Positions 61,301-64,000 of a stretch of DNA of 64,000 bases are shown here, piece by piece. The translations under genes and the position numbers were made by a program. The stretch spans positions 135,594,001 to 135,658,000 of the forward strand of contig NC_042999.1 of the NCBI RefSeq assembly GCF_006345805.1, written 5' to 3'. Numbering within the stretch: the stretch's first letter is position 1; the number at the start of each line of letters is the position of its first letter. The stretch is from Octopus sinensis. Its lineage: Eukaryota. Under the pieces are notes generated by a model, which made no database searches, was not told the origin of the DNA, and saw only the letters and a list, made by a program, of their open reading frames with translations.

Positions 61301-62293
61301 TCACTGGTGCCAAGCTGTATCTGCCTTTCCCTTGGATAACATCGGTGGCATGGAGAGAGGAGGTTGGTATGCATGGGTGACTGCTGGTCTTCCATAAACA
61401 ACTTTGCCTGCACTTATGCCTCAGATGGTAACTTTCTAAGTGCAACCCCATGGTCATTCATGACCAAAGGGGCTTTTTACCCTTTATACCTCTAATGTTT
61501 CTGGACATGCCAATAGAAGAATTGTAAGTATTTTTAGTTATATTTTCCCATGCTTTCATGAGAGGGATTGTTTGCTTTTACTTGATGCCCTTCCTAATAC
61601 TACTTGACTATGACAGAGAGAGTGGAATATGGTTTTTGCTCATTCAGAAATTATTTTGTAAGACAATCTGGATAAGTTTTTCTTCTTGCTCAGGTTGTTT
61701 TCACCAATTTTGTTTTCCAGTAACAGTTCAAATCAGTCACACATCTATGACAGTTGCCTCTGCAGGTTTTTTACCCTGAGAGTAAAAAAATTTCAGACAC
61801 TAAAAAATAAACTAGCATGTGCGGTAAGAGGATTGCTTCCCAACTATATGGTTTTGAGTTCACTCCCACAGCATGGCACCTAGGACAATTATCTTCTACA
61901 GTAGACCCCAAGCCAACCAAAGCCTTGTGAGTGGATATGGTGGACAGAAATAGAAAGAAGCCCAGCACGTGTGAATGAGTGTGTGTGTGTTAGTCCCCCA
62001 CCACCAACTGACAACCAGTATTGGTTTGTTTACATCTCTGTAACTTAGTAATTTCGCAAAAGTAACTCATAGAATATGTACTAGGCTTAAAAAATATGTT
62101 TGATTCGTTTGATGAAACCTTTCAAGATGGTTCCCCAGCAAGGCCACAGTCTGATGACTGAAATAAATAAAAGATTCAAGACAAAAGATAAACAAAGAAC
62201 TATTTACCTCCTTATAGCTTGTACGGAAGTCTTCAGCTAACTGTGAGAGCATTTCTGTAGAGTTGGGGTCAGTGCTAGATTTCTGAAGTTCAT
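18965..62293 (-). CDS. RB1: Retinoblastoma-associated protein (RB1 ortholog), 21 coding exons, 5' end beyond window
   Basis: Exons with canonical GT-AG sites splice into one frame (2135 nt, ends TGA 18965-18967). Translations align by eye to human RB1, e.g. SDDLHKALMACSAEVILMTY vs [37 protein letters not shown] vs DLSFPWILNVLNLKAF; RNRHLDQIMVCCLYGICRV vs RDRHLDQIMMCSMYGICKV. Intron phases match human RB1. RB1 rather than RBL1/2 is inferred from exon structure. Confidence 0.93.
20238..20347 (-). CDS. RB1: RB1 RbC exon B (paralog of exon A): SAEKKEQSSPMPRYMSSALKKTQRFLQFDDIQPASE
   Basis: ttttaaag / gtgagt, phase 0 to 2, 110 nt; same TCTGCTGA start and LQFD motif as exon A. Confidence 0.75.
21117..21201 (-). 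CDS. RB1: RB1 extra linker exon: (R)SETNTWKDPSFKPPTPVSSRVSTTPAKE
   Basis: Strong polypyrimidine acceptor tttctccttttcctctag, gtatgt donor, phase 2 to 0, 85 nt, open frame; no obvious human counterpart. Confidence 0.72.
22640..23100 (+). mobile_element. CR1/L2-type LINE ORF2 C-terminal relic
   Basis: LLILYKTQVRSTTEY-like segment resembles the LYKAQVRP.LEY motif; decayed. Confidence 0.55.
23198..23439. repeat. Near-perfect 242-bp inverted repeat (foldback/MITE-like)
   Basis: Arms about 23198-23310 and 23327-23439 with about 2 mismatches, 16-nt loop, TA at both ends. Confidence 0.95.
24165..24905 (+). mobile_element. 5'-truncated RTE LINE 3' end with expanded 57-bp minisatellite and (GAT)n tail
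   Basis: ORF2-end-like GRLKKTWDEVLK..MTEDRDAW; array ~24335-24740 of about seven 57-bp units built from 33+24-bp subunits; GAT tail 24868-24905. Confidence 0.8.
25461..25603 (-). CDS. RB1: RB1 RbC exon A (ex25-like): SAEKLRNINDTIAQSRAQKRLQFDNLD...DASTN
   Basis: tgccag / gtagga, phase 0 to 2, 143 nt; resembles TSEKFQKINQMV...KKLRFD. Confidence 0.9.
26766..27167. mobile_element. Tc1/mariner-type MITE with ~110-bp TIRs
   Basis: CACTGGCGAAAATAAATT... / ...AATTTATTTTCGCCAGTG with TA on both flanks. Confidence 0.9.
27683..27797 (-). CDS. RB1: RB1 exon (ex23 3' part + ex24): VAGKKNFHVSYAKSPLFKTQGQLTPRTDQLYCFVEGVG
   Basis: taccag / gtaagc, phase 2 to 0, 115 nt; resembles NIYISPLKSP...MTPRSRILVSIGESFG. 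Confidence 0.9.
28010..28357 (+). mobile_element. tRNA-derived SINE family B (also 53703-54055, 61148-61490)
   Basis: A-box (GGCTCAGTGGTTAG) and B-box-like head, CTTGAGCAAG core; three colinear ~345-bp copies. Confidence 0.85.
29100..31990 (-). mobile_element. Near full-length decayed Penelope-like element (probably Naiad-type): RT plus C-terminal GIY-YIG
   Basis: N-terminal MRWK..FF, DKT.N.Y; RT FDIAMGAYD, YRDD, DFLNVTLDL, HPP; CSCK..C..C, VIY, WKII..PY.NG; many stops; clade call from motif recall only. Confidence 0.88.
29209..29273 (-). ncRNA. Degenerate minimal type I hammerhead ribozyme at the Penelope 3' end
   Basis: Minus strand ATAGAGT-TTGACGA-stem II (TCCACAA/TTGTGGA)-AAAA-TCTTGGG-TA-ACTCTAT; stem I 7 bp; two core substitutions. 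Confidence 0.65.
32161..33920 (+). mobile_element. 5'-truncated R4/Dong-clade non-LTR retrotransposon (RT, zinc knuckle, REL endonuclease)
   Basis: YMDD; CRVC..ETIDHVVSKC; RHD; RPDII; CLLIDMTVP restored by removing one base near 33465; KLSKYKDL; flanked by (TAA)n. Confidence 0.9.
33921..33999. repeat. (TAT)11 directly followed by (TAA)15
   Basis: Seen directly; forms a spacer-less 66-bp palindrome 33921-33986. Confidence 0.97.
34107..34162 (-). CDS. RB1: RB1 exon (5' part of ex23): TPPLSSTPKSCVTSSPVF(S)
   Basis: tttcag / gtaaat, phase 0 to 2, 56 nt; resembles PPTLSPIP...PSSPLR. Confidence 0.85.
34290..34800 (+). mobile_element. RTE-type LINE internal fragment
   Basis: IKAIYDP..G..TL.S.NG.TIIKDKEG..ARCKEYF-like translation. 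Confidence 0.65.
35440..39110 (+). mobile_element. Decayed RTE LINE (APE endonuclease + RT) interrupted by an LTR element
   Basis: EN-like ILLMEKWIDKLINV.RICNR, ISTDAPQ; RT DLEK.F, LIYADDL; reading resumes after 38991. Confidence 0.8.
37903..38986 (+). mobile_element. Internally deleted LTR retrotransposon (LTR - gag fragment - LTR)
   Basis: Direct repeats ~37903-38157 and ~38739-38986; TGTTG...CAACA; 5-bp TSD AAGAG; gag-like KSIGEFMSSLQALAKKC..QRLLE; no PPT seen. Confidence 0.9.
40981..41161. mobile_element. Tc1/mariner-type MITE
   Basis: GGGTGTCCATAAAT / ATTTATGGACACCC TIRs extending with an indel; TA flanks. Confidence 0.85.
41561..41680 (-). CDS. RB1: RB1 exon (ex22-like): IFKVILIQDGRTDSIVGFYNNVYLPTMKTYILQFEPNKQT
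   Basis: ctccag / gtgagt, 120 nt; resembles [22 protein letters not shown]. Confidence 0.93.
42778..43011. mobile_element. MITE with ~47-bp TIRs
   Basis: GGGTTCTCATTCCTAAGGTA...CATTTGAC mirrored at right end. Confidence 0.8.
43136..43240 (-). CDS. RB1: RB1 exon (ex21-like): IMVCCLYGICRVVHQEIKFKTIVNVSKEISLAQQE
   Basis: ttcaag / gtaagt, 105 nt; LxCxE-cleft Tyr equivalent present. Confidence 0.93.
44134..44350. mobile_element. Mariner-derived MITE retaining transposase C-terminus
   Basis: TA-flanked TIRs; NKCLNLRVEYVE* resembles mariner KC...GEYVE. Confidence 0.75.
44811..44888 (-). CDS. RB1: RB1 exon (3' part of ex20): TQKVWTCLVHCIIHNRELLRNRHLDQ
   Basis: caccag / gtatgt, 78 nt; RHLDQ motif. 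Confidence 0.93.
45515..46256 (+). mobile_element. Non-autonomous Helitron-like element with internal (TA)n
   Basis: 5' TC, 3' GC-rich subterminal motif GCAACGTCGGGCG then CTAG, inserted between A and T; CpG-rich. Confidence 0.7.
46942..47359 (+). mobile_element. Young tRNA-derived CORE-type SINE family A
   Basis: A/B boxes, CTTGGGCAAGTG core, internal (TA/TG)n, (GAGTAAAA)n tail; near-identical to 52471-52875 and 58041-58482; older copies e.g. 42190-42640, 51985-52360. Confidence 0.9.
47374..47438 (-). CDS. RB1: RB1 exon (5' part of ex20; B pocket): (V)CHLAFKRLSRLCESLEVSPEL
   Basis: tttcag / gtttgt (weak donor), phase 1 to 0, 65 nt; resembles VYRLAYLRLNTLCERL. Confidence 0.87.
47718..47893 (-). 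CDS. RB1: RB1 spacer exon (ex19-like): MTPTKNNP...QRSRAIKQFFTK
   Basis: tttcag / gtattc, phase 2 to 1, 176 nt; end resembles KSTSLSLFYKK; TPxK CDK sites. Confidence 0.85.
48390..48715 (+). mobile_element. tRNA-derived SINE family C (also ~41260-41470 and ~54470-54740, minus)
   Basis: Head shared with family B, different body; three recognisable copies. Confidence 0.75.
49499..49581 (-). CDS. RB1: RB1 exon (ex18-like): GRSVFEISNEDLENLLEAKNGENATNL(M)
   Basis: ttccag / gtaagt, phase 0 to 2, 83 nt. Confidence 0.85.
49752..49802 (-). CDS. RB1: RB1 exon (3' part of ex17): HIQKIEQDILDCYAWKE
   Basis: ttgcag / gtaagt, 51 nt, phase 0 to 0; resembles HLERCEHRIMESLAWLS. Confidence 0.9.
50290..50825 (+). 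mobile_element. RTE LINE 3' end (similar tails at ~53345-53690, 58540-58875, 62611-62860, 63008-63362)
   Basis: WFGHV..MDEDNC, TWDEVLK, 3' UTR with GTAAAAGCAC units, (GAT)n tail. Confidence 0.75.
51526..51671 (-). CDS. RB1: RB1 exon (5' part of ex17): [48 protein letters not shown]
   Basis: gtctag / gtaagt, phase 1 to 0, 146 nt; FPW motif of the A pocket. Confidence 0.92.
52471..52875 (+). mobile_element. Young SINE family A copy
   Basis: Colinear with 46942-47359. Confidence 0.9.
53091..53205 (-). CDS. RB1: RB1 exon (ex15+16-like): EQRRVGRASLVTMFRSDDLHKALMACSAEVILMTYNVS
   Basis: tttcag / gtaggt, phase 0 to 1, 115 nt; donor choice inferred from the phase of the next exon. Confidence 0.88.
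54839..55018 (-). CDS. RB1: RB1 exon (ex13+14-like): SSNASMVTSISDRIEK...ERFQIIVKLYLHIFNSLLIS
   Basis: tttcag / gtaagt, 180 nt, phase 0 to 0; resembles [20 protein letters not shown]. Confidence 0.9.
55582..55669 (-). CDS. RB1: RB1 exon (ex12-like; start of A pocket): SALTVVQQLWKILEEIPEDPRELLKDYID
   Basis: ttttag / gtgagt, phase 2 to 0, 88 nt; resembles TVMNTIQQLMMIL. Confidence 0.9.
57326..57364 (-). CDS. RB1: RB1 micro-exon (ex11-like): PEDSVVAPLTPV(R)
   Basis: ttgcag / gtaagt, phase 2 to 2, 39 nt; matches human PPHTPVR (T373). Confidence 0.85.
58041..58482 (-). mobile_element. Young SINE family A copy (inverted)
   Basis: Reverse complement of 52471-52875. Confidence 0.9.
59571..59701 (-). 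CDS. RB1: RB1 exon (ex10-like): VDETEKIYLKSYQASGDINELLFLVNDPIVVTSTPIKNRKPSP(R)
   Basis: ttatag / gtatgt, phase 0 to 2, 131 nt; resembles KDLDARLFLDHD. Confidence 0.87.
60145..60216 (-). CDS. RB1: RB1 exon (ex9-like): LQPVQNAVAEFVNSIVLYTNGNLD
   Basis: ttacag / gtaagt, phase 0 to 0, 72 nt; resembles FMNSLGLVTSNGLPE. Confidence 0.8.
62208..62293 (-). CDS. RB1: RB1 exon (human ex8-like; RbN): (D)ELQKSSTDPNSTEMLSQLAEDFRTSYKE
   Basis: tttag acceptor, gtaaat donor, phase 1 to 0, 86 nt. Confidence 0.8.
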
Positions 62294-63362
62294 CTAAACA
62301 ACAAAAATAATTCTCAATGAGTATTTTCATTACATAAATTCATATTTTTACATTTTTCCACCACCACCCTCCAACACACAATTTATGACAAGACTACATA
62401 CTAATGGCAAAAAGAAATGGACAGAGGAGTGGCTGTGTGGTAAGAAGTTTGCTTCCCAACCACTTAGTTCTGGTTTCAGTCCCACTGCACGGCAACTTGG
62501 GCAAATGTCCTCTACTATAGACTCAGGCCAACTACCAAAGCCTTGTGAGTGGATTTGGCAGATGGAAACTGAAAGAAGCTCATCATATACATATATATAT
62601 TATATATATACAGGGGGCACATAAAAAGCACCATCCAAATGTGGCTGATGCCAGTACTCCCTGACTGGCTCCCGTACCGGTGGCACATAAAAAGCACTAT
62701 CCAAATATGATCGATGCCAGGCCCACCTGACTGGCTCCCGTGCCAGTGGCACGTAAAAGCACTCACTACACTCTCAGAGTGGTTGGCATTAGGAAGGGCA
62801 TCCATCTGTAGAAACAATACCAGATCAGATTGGAGCCTGGTGTGACCGCTGGCTCTCCCGACCTCCAGGGTGTAAGAGGTTAGTTGGGATAAATTTTAAA
62901 TGGGCATATTTCTAATTGGATAGATTTTGTTGGAGTTTGAATTTTAAATATTACCAGTTTGAATAATAACTTGTACTATTTTTTATTTCTGACTGAACAA
63001 ATTCAACATCATCATCGTTTAACGTCTTTTCCATGCTGGCATGGGTTAGACGGTTCAACTGGGGTCTGGGAAGCCAGGAGGCTGCACCAGGCTCCAATCT
63101 AATCTGGTTTCTACAACTGGATGCCCTTCCTAATGCAAACCACTCCAAAAGTGTAGTGGGTGCTTTTTACGTGCCACTGGCACAGGGGCCAGAGGGGGCT
63201 GGCATTGACCATGTTTGGATGGTGCTTTTACGTGCCACTGGCATTGGAGCCAGAGGAGACTGGCATCAACCACATTTGGATGGTGCTTTTTACATTCCAC
63301 CAGCACAGGAGCCAGTCGAGGTGAGGAGGCTGGCACATTTGGATGGAACTTTTTACATGCCA

Positions 63363-64000
63363 GTGTAATTGCTAAATTATTCCATGCCAACAAAAGCACT
63401 GGGGAGATTGTTAGAGCCACAAAGTATGCCAAATCTACTGTTTTTAGAGTTGTAGCCAATTTGAAGAAAAGTCAGGATGTTCAGAGAAAGCCTCACAGTC
63501 CTTGTAGTAACTGAAAATGCACACCTCGGTACTTAACAGGGCTTAAAAGACCAATTGAGTCAAACCCGTCAAAATCAATGGCTAAGTTGGCTCAAGATTG
63601 GGGAATCAGTAAAATGACCATTTCTAGGGCTGTGAAACAAGACCTCCATATGAAATTGAATGTGAGGAGACACCATAACATTTTAACTATCCACTCCAAA
63701 GCCATTTGAGCAGAAAGAAGCCCCAAACTTTTTAGTCATCTGAAACATCGTGGCAGAGACATCTACATCTTCATGGATGAAAAGAAGTTCATAGTAGATG
63801 AAGTTGCAAACCGTCAGAACTCACAAGTGATAGCATATGACCCTTACCAAGTTCCTTCAGCTATGCATAGCAAGAATCCGGCTTTCATAATGGTCTTTGG
63901 AGCTGTTGCAAGTGATGGGAAATTGATGCCTCCTCATTTTATTGAAGTGAGTCTTAAAATCATCACAGCAGAGTATCTCAAAATCTTAGAAGTGTTGTTG
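63363..64000 (+). pseudogene. Tc1/mariner (maT/DD37D-like) transposase relic, runs off window
   Basis: HTH-like KSTVFRVV; FMDEKKFIV, NRQNSQV, MVFGAVASDGKLMPP; in-frame stops. Confidence 0.85.

Overview
AT-rich, repeat-dense eukaryotic genomic DNA, most likely from an octopus or related coleoid cephalopod (inferred from the tRNA-derived CORE-type SINEs). The main gene is a retinoblastoma ortholog (RB1) on the minus strand. I traced 21 coding exons by hand from 62293 to the TGA at 18965. All have GT-AG boundaries and splice into one open frame (2135 nt, about 710 aa): end of RbN, A and B pocket, spacer and RbC. The 5' exons lie beyond the window end. Many intron positions and phases match human RB1, but the C-terminus has an extra linker exon and a second, paralogous RbC exon. 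Bases 1-7500 form a CpG-rich stack of LTR elements: a full-length decayed Ty3/Gypsy (668-5188, TSD TAACC), two related solo LTRs (one nested in the Gypsy 5' LTR) and an older Gypsy gag-pol relic. RB1 introns hold a Penelope-like element with a degenerate hammerhead ribozyme, a Dong/R4-type element in a (TAA)n tract, RTE and CR1/L2 LINE relics, an internally deleted LTR element, a Helitron-like element, many MITEs and SINEs, and a 242-bp hairpin. A maT/Tc1 transposase relic sits at the right end. The most unusual observations are two non-canonical reverse-transcription priming sites (one complementary to the 5' 12 nt of tRNA-Phe, one apparently self-priming) and the duplicated, phase-modular RB1 C-terminal exons. 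All calls were made by eye; no database searches were run.
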